From a virus (taxonomy: Duplodnaviria > Caudoviricetes), in the IMG/VR virus record IMGVR_UViG_3300025598_000143, positions 1 to 27,288 of that record: 27,288 nucleotides of DNA; one strand, written 5' to 3'. Each line of letters begins with the position of its first letter. Position 1 is the first letter of the stretch. Shown here in pieces: positions 17,118 through 27,000 of this stretch. The position numbers were made by a program, and so were the translations under genes. A model generated the notes under the pieces. It did not search any database and was not told where the DNA came from. It saw only the letters and a program-made list of their open reading frames with translations.

Positions 17118-18878
17118 ATGAGCGACATGTACGGCAATGAAGACGATCCAACCAACGGAGGCTCATACCTGCCGTCGCTCCCTAAGCTGTATCAAAAGAT
17201 TTTTGCCCAATTAGGCATGAATGGCCCTGCAAAACAGGCGGATACGTCTACCCTTGTCCCGCCACAGGGTATGCAGGATTTTTACAATTCTGCATTCAGT
17301 GCTTTAGGTTTCCCGCCATCGCCCCGCAATCCTAATCGGATACAACGGTATCCTGACCATCCGGGTGCGGCTCAAGCCGGATTTGGGCCATATGGAAGAA
17401 TATCGCCGCCTAATGAAAATTATGGTGTTGGATTAGATTTTTCTGGTTACTCTCCTGCAAACGCAGTAAAAATTAATAGAAATATTAACCAAACATATGG
17501 TTCAAGGGGTTACGGCGCTGGTCCTTATGAGTCCACGCAACAATATCCAGATAGACAAATATTTTCTGACCAGCCCAGTGTAGGCGATGCCTCGACTATG
17601 CCTGTTTACCCGCAGCGTCAGTCCCGCCCACCAATGTATACGCCGCCAGAGACAAATGTGCCTATGCCGTCTTTTGCAACAGGTAGGTCGTCGCAACAGG
17701 TTACTGATCCGTTGCAGCGCACAATGCTTGGTTTGGATGACGATGGAACGGAAACAACACAGCCATCCGGCGGGTCGCAGCTTTCTGATCCACGGGCTGT
17801 GAGGGCGTTAGACCCATCTGCACGTCCTTATCGCCCACGTCCGGATGAGGGTGGAGGTTCCGACAACGCTCCTTTAATTACCAGTGGCATGATTCCATCC
17901 ACGGGTCGGGCGCATATGACATCGCCTATTATCCCCAAAGATGCCGCCGCATCTAAGGGTCGCGCCCACATGTCGGCACAATCTCAAAGCCAACCTGATT
18001 TACCCGCATCTAAAGAAGCTGGTGATACGGGTGAATTTCTTAACAATGATCCCAACGATATGCGTCCGGGTTCTTTGGGCGAGGCCCGTAAATTGTTTCC
18101 GGGCCGCAAATTACAGCAAGCTATCTATTATACTGAGCCAAACGAAGAACATGGTGGCGGTCAAATGCGCCGTCTTGGTGTAGGCGCAGATACCAGCAAA
18201 CTTAATCCTGATTATATTGCACGTATTTGGGAACCTGCGGATATGTCTGGCGGGGAAAGATTTATTCGGGGTGCATATGAGACACCGGGCAAAAACCCAC
18301 TTACATACACGCCTGAAATGGCTTCTGGCGGAGCGGCTGGACAGGCTGATAAAATTGCCCGTGAAAAGGCGACCCCTTGCCATGTTGGTCCTATTACTAT
18401 GGCAGTTGGTGGGCGTACTGACCATATTCCTATGAACGTGCTTGAAGGTTCATATGTGTTACCAGCAGATATTGTTTCCGGATTGGGCGAAGGCAATACG
18501 CTTGCTGGTACTAAGCTGATCAACAATATGTTTAGCAGTGGCCCATTTGGTGTTGGTGCAAAAACCCCGCAATTCTCAGCTTTGCCTAAGCCTAGCTTGG
18601 ATGAGTATGGCTCTATGCAAAAAATGTTTAACACTCAAAATTTAGGGCAAATTAACGCTGCTCAAAAAGCTGATGGCGGCCCTGTAATGTCGGGCAAATA
18701 CCGCCCAGTTCCTATCGTTGCTGCTGGCGGCGAATACGTCATTCACCCTGATGATGTTAAGAGATTGGGTAATGGCGATATGGAAAGAGGACATGATTAT
18801 CTGGACAATTTCGTAAAAGGCGTCCGTAAGCACCTTGTTAAAACTCTTAGCAAATTGCCGGGACCAAGGAGAGATTGA
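17118..18878 (+). CDS. Putative internal virion protein: Pro-rich disordered N-terminus plus conserved C-terminal core with GG motifs
   Basis: GGAGG RBS. Core motifs GRTDHIP....GSYVLPADIVSGLGEGNTLAG and VPIVAAGGEYVI; MASGGAA at 18318 and KADGGPV at 18666. Confidence 0.7.
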   Translation: MSDMYGNEDDPTNGGSYLPSLPKLYQKIFAQLGMNGPAKQADTSTLVPPQGMQDFYNSAFSALGFPPSPRNPNRIQRYPDHPGAAQAGFGPYGRISPPNENYGVGLDFSGYSPANAVKINRNINQTYGSRGYGAGPYESTQQYPDRQIFSDQPSVGDASTMPVYPQRQSRPPMYTPPETNVPMPSFATGRSSQQVTDPLQRTMLGLDDDGTETTQPSGGSQLSDPRAVRALDPSARPYRPRPDEGGGSDNAPLITSGMIPSTGRAHMTSPIIPKDAAASKGRAHMSAQSQSQPDLPASKEAGDTGEFLNNDPNDMRPGSLGEARKLFPGRKLQQAIYYTEPNEEHGGGQMRRLGVGADTSKLNPDYIARIWEPADMSGGERFIRGAYETPGKNPLTYTPEMASGGAAGQADKIAREKATPCHVGPITMAVGGRTDHIPMNVLEGSYVLPADIVSGLGEGNTLAGTKLINNMFSSGPFGVGAKTPQFSALPKPSLDEYGSMQKMFNTQNLGQINAAQKADGGPVMSGKYRPVPIVAAGGEYVIHPDDVKRLGNGDMERGHDYLDNFVKGVRKHLVKTLSKLPGPRRD

Positions 18879-19351
18879 TGGATTATCCCGTCAGATTAGC
18901 TACTCTTAAAGATGCTGATGATATTATGGTTCTTCTTGCTTTAATGCATGAAGAAAATGGTCTATTTGAAATGGACTATGATGCCGTTCGGGACATGGTA
19001 ACCAACGTATTAAGTGGCAAAAATGGCATCATTGGCGTTATCGACGGTGAAGAAGGTTTGGAGGCGGCTGTTTGCCTTGTTATTGACAAGCTTTGGTACG
19101 CTAAGACTTGGTGCTTAAACGACGTTTTTAACTTTGTTGCGCCTAAATATCGTCGTTCTACAAGGGCAAAATCGTTAATTTCTTTTGCCAAAAACTACTC
19201 TGATCAGGTGGGCATCCCCCTTTTGATGGGTATTGTTTCTAACGTTCGGACAGAAGCAAAAATTAAACTGTTGGAACGTCAAATGAGTAAAGCTGGTGCG
19301 TTCTTCATTTACAATCACGTAAATGAAAAACCTGATAACCACGTACAGTAG
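18878..19351 (+). CDS. GNAT-like acyl/acetyltransferase
   Basis: TGATG coupling with an AG-rich RBS upstream. VRLATLKD start and FVAPKYRRSTRAKSLISFAK motif-A-like segment. Confidence 0.7.
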   Translation: MDYPVRLATLKDADDIMVLLALMHEENGLFEMDYDAVRDMVTNVLSGKNGIIGVIDGEEGLEAAVCLVIDKLWYAKTWCLNDVFNFVAPKYRRSTRAKSLISFAKNYSDQVGIPLLMGIVSNVRTEAKIKLLERQMSKAGAFFIYNHVNEKPDNHVQ

Positions 19352-19362
19352 GATTTAGGGCT

Positions 19363-22300
19363 ATGGGTTCATTATGCAGCGGGTTGTTTGGTTCACAGGC
19401 TTCGACGACATATCAAGCGCCGCAAGCCGTACAGAATGCTTTAACGGACATTCTTGGCCGCGCAGCAACGCAGTCTAATCAACCATATCCGCAATATACG
19501 CCTGACACTTCAGCGCAATACTCGCAATATAACGCCGGGTTGTTAGCCCCCATGACGCCCAATCAAGCTCAGGCTGGGCAATCAATCGCTGGGTTGCAAG
19601 GTTATACGCAACCTAATTTTGCTGCTGCAACTAATTTGGTAGGTGCTGCGGCTAGCCCATTGCAGATGCAACAGTTTTCGCAGAACGCTGTTAATCAATA
19701 CATGAATCCATATCTTAATGATGTAGTGGGTTCTGCTGTTGCCAATATTAACCAAACCAATGCCCAACAACAGCAACAAGTGCTGGGCAATGCGATCCAA
19801 CGGGGCGCATTTGGTGGCGACCGTGCTGGTATTGCTCAGGCCGAATTGGCCCGCCAACAAGGTCTAGCAAACAATGCAACAATTGCTAACCTTCTTGGGC
19901 AAGGTTACTCACAGGCTCAGGGCCAGTTTAACCAGCAACAGCAAACAGACCTTGCTACTCAGTTGCAAAATCGTAACTTGATGACCAATGCAGGTCTTAA
20001 CCTTGCAAACCTTGGCACACAGGGTCAGCAAGCCGCCTTGCAACAGGCTCAGGCTCAGTACGGATACGGTACGGCAGAACAGCAACAGCAACAGGCTGGT
20101 CTATCGACTGCTTATCAGCAATACATGAACCAACAAGCATTTCCTTACCAACAACTCAGCTACTACGCTGGCTTGGCATCTGGTGCTGCCCCGGCATTGG
20201 GTGGGACGACAACTGGTTATTCGCCTACGGTCAGTAACGCTGGTGGCTTGTTGGGTGGCTTATCCATTCTTGGTGGTCTTTCCAATCCCGGCGCAGTTTC
20301 TGCTTCCAATCCATATTCTGCGGCGTCGGCTGGCATTGGTGCGCTTACTTCCGGCTTTGGAAGTCTCTTTGGCTTAAAAGATGGCGGTCGCGTTGATAGG
20401 GCGTCTGGCGGTCGTGCTGCTTATGCAGATGCGGGTTCGGTTCAAATTAGCCCCGTAACTCAAGCATACAATGATTATAATGATGCAGTCGCTGCGGGCG
20501 CTCCGTATGATGTTCTGCAACAATTGTATCGTAAATATCAACAATCATTCCAAGGCGCTACACCTCCTTGGAAAGCCACGACGCCAGCCGCCGCGACATC
20601 TCCAACTGCCACAACGGCCACCACATCTTCCGCTCCGGGAGTTGTTGCTGCCGCAACTGGCGGGCATGGTGGTCAAGATCAAGGGGGGGTAACTGCTCGC
20701 AATGCCGCGTATTCCCCTGATTACACAAGTAGCAACGGCCCTGTAGGCGGCGGTGGTTATGGCCCTTATGATGCTGGTGGTGGTCCGGGTTCAGCGTTTA
20801 ATTCTGGCGGTCCATTAGGTGGTTTATTGAGTGGAATTGCAGCAGCGTTGCAGGGAACAACCAATGTAAATAAAACGCCTTATGATCCAAATTATACGGG
20901 CGTTGTGTCTTCGATGGGGCCAGAAATGGCAAAAACCGGGTATGTCGCATATGATCCGGCTTCTGACCAAATAGTAAATAATTATGGTGGATACAGCGGG
21001 ATTCCTGCTTCAACATCCGCCTTGGATCAAAACACCGGACCATCTGCCGATTTAGCGGGTTCAAAACTTGACTCATCTGGCAAAACTATTAACCTTGGCG
21101 ATTTAAATGCTGCTTATGGTTTGCCAGCAGGTTATCTTGGTGGTCAATTGTATAAAGAAAGCGGATTTAATCCGGACGCAACAAGCAGAGAATCTAGCGC
21201 ACAAGGGCTTGCTCAATTTACAAAAGGAACGGCGGCTTCAATGGGCGTCGACCCACGTGATGTTGTGTCCTCTGCATATGGTGCAGCAACTCTTGGGCAA
21301 CAAAATGCCGCTGGCCTTGAAGCAAGAGGCATTCCCGCTACTGCTGAAAACCTTTCTCTAGCGCACCAATTTGGTTTAGCTGGCGCTGCGGCAATTATTA
21401 AAAATCCAAACAGCACTATTTTTGATGCGTTAAAAACAGTTCAAGACGAAGACAAAGCGTTGGCCGCTGTCACTGGTAACAAATACAATATTTCTGACAC
21501 TGCAAGATCAGTATATGACCGTGTTTCCCGTGATTTTATTGCAAGTATGCGGGCTGCTAATGAAAAAGGTTTGGATATACCAACCCGCACATTAGAAGCG
21601 CCAAGCCTTTCCAATCAACCTGAAAATGTACAGCAACGCGAAAATGCAGCCAATGCCGTTGCGGATGCTGCATCAAAAGGCGTTCTTGCAAGTGGCGTGT
21701 CTGGTGTTTCTGGCCTTACTGACCAAGGCGGTATTGGTAATGCCGGATATGGCCTTGGGTTAGCGGGGGACAAAATATCTCCGTCGACATCCGCGACTGG
21801 ACCAACAGGGTTTTTTGACAATAACGCGACCCCATCGCCTTCTCAAAATTCATCAACTACGGCTGGTGGGTTGTTTGGTGGTGCTGCACCGTCTACTTCT
21901 GCTACAGGCCAAGGCGGGATGTTTGACAATAATTCATTGGATCGTACTGTTTCAGAAACTGATAATAGTTCGAATGAATCCGGCAGTTCGTTGGGTGGCC
22001 GTGGTATTGGCCCATCTGTTGCAGAGCATGAAGATAGTGGCGGCGAAGGTGGCGGTGGCAACAATGCCCGTGGCGGGTTAATCCATGCCCATCATAAACA
22101 CCATTATGCAGATGGTGGTTATGCTGCATTCCATATGCAATATGGCATGCCTACAAGCGAAGATATTGCTCAAACGGCATCTGATTATGCGGGTTCTGGC
22201 GCTGGTGTTTTGAATCCACAACTTGAAGCGTTAGCAGCAAAAGGCGTTCTTCCTTCCGCTAAAGGTGGACGTATCCATGCTCAAACAGGCGTTGGCATTT

Positions 22301-24048
22301 CTGCTGATGAAACGCCAGTTGTCCATAGTTGGGATGAGCCAGACGACAATGCACAGGTTTCAAAAAACAAGCTAACAACGGCCACAGCGCCTGTTGTTGA
22401 AAGCAAATTTAAAACACCTTTGCAACAGCTAGGTAGCACCATTTCAAGCGCAGTAAAAAGTGCTGATGAATATATTGCACCAAAGGCTGAAGAGGTGGTT
22501 AAAGCTGCTACAGAACCACAATATGTTCCTGACCCAAATTACGTTGCTCCAAAGTATCGTTCTATGGAAAATGCTGGACCGTATGATGCCGCTCCTGCAA
22601 AAGCGGCAGAATTAAGGAAGGCATCGGGAACGTATACCAAGCCATACGAAAAAACTCAGCCGATTGATCCTGCCAAATCATTTGCTGTGGATCAAGGCGC
22701 AGATAATGTTGCTGACAAAGGTCAAGAGGCCACACCAGCCGCATCGGCAACGCCTATTGCACGGCAACGTGATGTCGCCCCCGGCATTAAAGAATGGTAC
22801 AACGCACCGCCTCCTGCCGATATGCGTCAAATAGCTGCATTAAATTTCGGTGCTAACTTGCTTGCTGGCGGTGATTTTGGTTCTAACCTTGCCCGTGCAG
22901 GGCACGACTACGCCAATACAATCCTTGCACAGCAGGATCAGCAACGTGCCACGATGCGGAATGAATCTGAGTCTGCGCTTCAACGGTCGCAGGGCATTGA
23001 AGCTGGTGCAAGAACAGCCAAAGAACGCATTCAGCCAATGGGCCTTGGGTATTCTATTGTTTCTGGCACAGGCACTCCGGACGACCCAATCATTCTTACT
23101 GGTATTCAAGGCGCAGATGGTCAAGCTGGCGGGACAAACGTTCAGGGCGGCGCTGGTGGCGTTGGCGGAAAAACCGCACAGATTGTAATGAAACAGCCAT
23201 ATAGCGGCGAAACCTATGTGCCTGATTTCTCCGACAATCCACAGGCGCAACAAACCGCTGCTGCTAATATAACGATGCTTGCCCATCAGGCAAAGGCAGC
23301 TATGCCCATGCAAACTGAGTTGGCGAAAAAGAATTATGAATTATCTCAAGCTGAAGTTCAGGCGGCAAGACAAGATGCCCGTGCTGCTGCGGATAATATC
23401 GTTCCTTATAAAGAAGTTATGGATGCAATTCATGTTATGCCACAGGGTGGACCTCTTTCTCCGGGTTTAACGGGTAAGGCTCGTTATGCCGCAATTGCTG
23501 GTTTAAATGATGCTGCAAGGGCTGTTGGTATTGATCTTGGTTTGACAGATTCAATGTCGGCTGTGGATATTATGAATAAGTTCGCGACTGCCGCCGCAAA
23601 TCAAACGTCTGAAAGCCGTGCAGCTAAGTGGCTTGAAACAACCGCCGCTTCCTTGCCTAGCATTGGTTTGAATCTTCCAACAATGCAGAAGCTGGCCGCT
23701 AACCAATTTACCGCAGCGCATACGAAACAAATGTATGCCAATACGATTGCTAAATTGGCGGCGGAGTCTGACGGTCAGGACCGCGACATGACAGGTCATT
23801 TCTATGCGGTCAATCCACGTCAGAACCAAGTCAAAGTTCAAAATGCTATTTACAAACTAATGAATGCCCACCAGAAGGAAGGTGGCAAGCCTGATGGTGC
23901 ATGGATAAAGAATCCAGAAACTGGCCGTTATGAAACACCAATTTCTATGTTCCAAAATGGTTTCTTGACGCCAGAACAATTTGACAAAATATCGTATGAT
24001 TTGACTGGTATGAAGAATATGTCTTCGGTCTTCGGCGCTGGAGAATAA
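19363..24048 (+). CDS. Large DNA-ejection/internal virion protein with embedded lytic transglycosylase (SLT) domain
   Basis: Gln-rich N-terminal region (YMNPY, GAFGGDR); SLT-like YGLPAGYL...KESGFNPDA...SAQGLAQF...AHQFG at about 21085-21560; several GG motifs. Confidence 0.8.
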   Translation: MGSLCSGLFGSQASTTYQAPQAVQNALTDILGRAATQSNQPYPQYTPDTSAQYSQYNAGLLAPMTPNQAQAGQSIAGLQGYTQPNFAAATNLVGAAASPLQMQQFSQNAVNQYMNPYLNDVVGSAVANINQTNAQQQQQVLGNAIQRGAFGGDRAGIAQAELARQQGLANNATIANLLGQGYSQAQGQFNQQQQTDLATQLQNRNLMTNAGLNLANLGTQGQQAALQQAQAQYGYGTAEQQQQQAGLSTAYQQYMNQQAFPYQQLSYYAGLASGAAPALGGTTTGYSPTVSNAGGLLGGLSILGGLSNPGAVSASNPYSAASAGIGALTSGFGSLFGLKDGGRVDRASGGRAAYADAGSVQISPVTQAYNDYNDAVAAGAPYDVLQQLYRKYQQSFQGATPPWKATTPAAATSPTATTATTSSAPGVVAAATGGHGGQDQGGVTARNAAYSPDYTSSNGPVGGGGYGPYDAGGGPGSAFNSGGPLGGLLSGIAAALQGTTNVNKTPYDPNYTGVVSSMGPEMAKTGYVAYDPASDQIVNNYGGYSGIPASTSALDQNTGPSADLAGSKLDSSGKTINLGDLNAAYGLPAGYLGGQLYKESGFNPDATSRESSAQGLAQFTKGTAASMGVDPRDVVSSAYGAATLGQQNAAGLEARGIPATAENLSLAHQFGLAGAAAIIKNPNSTIFDALKTVQDEDKALAAVTGNKYNISDTARSVYDRVSRDFIASMRAANEKGLDIPTRTLEAPSLSNQPENVQQRENAANAVADAASKGVLASGVSGVSGLTDQGGIGNAGYGLGLAGDKISPSTSATGPTGFFDNNATPSPSQNSSTTAGGLFGGAAPSTSATGQGGMFDNNSLDRTVSETDNSSNESGSSLGGRGIGPSVAEHEDSGGEGGGGNNARGGLIHAHHKHHYADGGYAAFHMQYGMPTSEDIAQTASDYAGSGAGVLNPQLEALAAKGVLPSAKGGRIHAQTGVGISADETPVVHSWDEPDDNAQVSKNKLTTATAPVVESKFKTPLQQLGSTISSAVKSADEYIAPKAEEVVKAATEPQYVPDPNYVAPKYRSMENAGPYDAAPAKAAELRKASGTYTKPYEKTQPIDPAKSFAVDQGADNVADKGQEATPAASATPIARQRDVAPGIKEWYNAPPPADMRQIAALNFGANLLAGGDFGSNLARAGHDYANTILAQQDQQRATMRNESESALQRSQGIEAGARTAKERIQPMGLGYSIVSGTGTPDDPIILTGIQGADGQAGGTNVQGGAGGVGGKTAQIVMKQPYSGETYVPDFSDNPQAQQTAAANITMLAHQAKAAMPMQTELAKKNYELSQAEVQAARQDARAAADNIVPYKEVMDAIHVMPQGGPLSPGLTGKARYAAIAGLNDAARAVGIDLGLTDSMSAVDIMNKFATAAANQTSESRAAKWLETTAASLPSIGLNLPTMQKLAANQFTAAHTKQMYANTIAKLAAESDGQDRDMTGHFYAVNPRQNQVKVQNAIYKLMNAHQKEGGKPDGAWIKNPETGRYETPISMFQNGFLTPEQFDKISYDLTGMKNMSSVFGAGE

Positions 24049-24049
24049 A

Positions 24050-27000
24050 ATGGATAATCAAGATTTATTGGGTTCGTTTTCATTAGACAGCCACGTAGCC
24101 TCACAGGGCAAAGCGCCTTCTGGAGGCGCTGGTGCTGCGCCGGAAAAAGCCCCTGATAATATTGCAAGTTCATTTTCTTTGGACGAGCCATCTGGCGTAA
24201 CTGCCCAAAGACAACAAAAAGAACAAGAAACAAAAACCAAACAGTATAAAGATACGACTGCATCTGATGTTGCAAAAGGTCTTGGTTCCGGCATTGAATT
24301 GGGCGCTGCTCAAATTGTTGGCCTACCCGGCGATATCGCCCGTGCTGGACGTTATTTAAAAGAAGAAGGTACATATTACGGCAAGAAGGCGTTAGAGAAT
24401 TACGGCTATCTGCCGGAAGGAACCGCTGACGAAGACTGGAAAGCCGTAGAAGAGGCCCGCCAATCTCCTAACCGTGGTTGGGTCGGCCCATTGCCTAGCA
24501 GTGAAGTGACGGAAGCTGCCGCCAAGAAGTATTTGCCGGGGGCTAGTTATGAACCTGAAAGCCGTGGTGGCGCATATGCTCATACCATTGGTGAATTTGT
24601 CCCGACTATCCTTGGCGGCGAAGGTTCCGCTATTAAGAAGCTTGGTACGGCGGCTATCGCTGGAGCAGGTTCTGAAGCTGCGGGACAGGCTACCGAAGGC
24701 ACACCTTATGAAGGCATCGCCCGTATAGGTGGCGCTTTGGTTTCGCCGTTTGCCGCAGAGAAAACGCTTTCACGTCCATTAGGTTCCGTTGGCTCCGCCT
24801 TGGGTGTTAGCGATCAGGCTTTAGGGGCTGTTGGTCTAAAATCCGGCAACATGGCGGCATATGATAAACTTGTCAGCGAAGGTTCACGATTAAGCAAACT
24901 TGGCGTATTGGGCGGGCTTTCAGAGGACAATATTAAGGCGATTGTTGAACAAGAAATGCGTGATGGTGTTCGCCCATCCGATTCAATTATTACAAGTGCT
25001 TCAGCATTGTCTGATTCACCGTCGGACATTGTGCGGGCATTTATTAAAAATTCGTCGTTGGAAAATCCAAAAGTCCGCGCCGAAGTGCAAAAATTGGTTG
25101 GCAATGTTGGTCGTGCCTCTGATACGGCGGATATGACGGCAACAAGAATATTGAATGATATGCAGGATGAAGCATCCGTTAATGCTTTAAATGCCCATCG
25201 TTTAGTTAATGGCCTTCCAGCCGATATTACTGAGGCTCCGACAGCGAACAAACTTCGCAGCGTTGCGGATGAAGTCAAAGACGGCGCATGGGACCGTTTG
25301 GTTCAACCAACCTATGATGACCACAAAGCCGTTAATAACGATCTTATTTTTGATAAATTGACAAAAGTTGGGCAAAAAAATCCAGATTTAATTTTTGATG
25401 CTCAGGAATTATACAATTCACGATTGGAGAATCGTGGAGAAAACCCCGTTACATTTTTAACAAAAGATCAGAATGGAACGTATAAAAATTTTGGTTATGT
25501 TGGAGATAATGGAACGGTAAAGGGCGCTCCTTTAGAATTTTTGGATATATTACAAAGAAAATTGTATCAGTCCAACGATGAAACAATGCAGTTAAATGCC
25601 AAAAAAATTAAGGAAGGCATTGATCAATATTTTACCCAAAAAGGGCTGCCCAATGAGTTACAGGCGGCCAAAGATGCTCATGGCGACATTCGTAGCCAAG
25701 GCAACGCAATTACGGCTGGAATGAATTTTATTTCTGATGGGGCGTATCAAACAAATCCATCAAAAAGACGGGCTTTTCTTGGCCGCTGGAATAATTTAGA
25801 CGATGTAGAAAAAGGATTGTACCAAGCAGGTGTTTTGCACCAGATTAAAGAAACCCTTGGGCAAGGGCAGCAGGGTTACAAAAACTGGAACAAGGTGTTG
25901 CAAAATGCGGATAACCGCCAATTGCTACAAGAAATCCTTAATTTCCGCCCAAAAGGCGCACCTGCTCAGGTGGGTCCAAGCAACTATGAGCGGTTTAGCA
26001 ATGCTTTGGATGTTGCCCAAGCATTCAAGAAAGAGCATGTAAACAATATTTTAATGAGTACTCCTGAGTCGCGTACATTCCTTGGTAGAATTTTGGGAAT
26101 GGGCGACAGGAGTTTATTCGACGTTATGTTGCATACGGCTTACCGTGGTGCATTCAGCCCAGAATTAGGCACAATAACTGCCCTTAGTGGCGGGTTAGGT
26201 TATATACGTCAGGTTTTTGCTGACCGTAGAGCATTAAAAATGCTTCAAATGTTTAATAGCAAAGACCCTCAGTTTGCAATGCAGCTTGCAAGGGATATTG
26301 CAACCCATAAAGAAGCAAAAACAAGCTGGCAAAAAGTTAAAGCATTGTTGGACTTTACCGACAAGGCTACCATTAACTTTTACCGCCGTGCTGCTGTTGC
26401 TGCCAATAACCAGCAGCCTCAACAACGCAAAGAAGGTGGTCGGGTAGATAATGATGCTGATGGATTTATTCCCCACAATGATCCTAAAAGACAAAAGAAT
26501 TTAGAAGCCTTCAAGCCAATTAAGGATGAAAAAGGCAATCCAAGGGTATTTTACCACGGCACAAACAAAAACTTTGACGTGTTTGGTCAGGGTAGGTCGC
26601 ATCCTCTTTTCCGCCCGCAACGGTTCCATTTTGTTTCGCCTAATCCTGAAATTGCAGGAGTCTTTGCCCATGACAGGGATAGCAGTCACATAGAAGGCAA
26701 TTACCCCGGCGAATCAGCGCAAAATATAATGCCTGTACATGTTTCAGCCAAGAATCCTTGGGATTACGAAAATCCTGATCATGTAAGCGCATTGATGTCA
26801 GAGGTTGTTAAAAGGCAGCCCGGATGGTCCCCTGAAGAGGCGGACCAAATGCATCATTACATTCATACCAGAGGCGGGTTTGATTTTATTGAAGACCCTC
26901 AACAACAAAAAATAATAAAGGATTTGGGCCACGACAGTTTCTATGTGCATGAAATGGGCGCTAAGAATTTAGCTGTCTATGATCCACGGCAAATCAAATC

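Noticed and set aside
188-26689. Many short minus-strand and alternate-frame ORFs in the track
   Set aside because: They overlap long, tightly coupled + strand genes and have no recognisable motifs; they are shadow ORFs.
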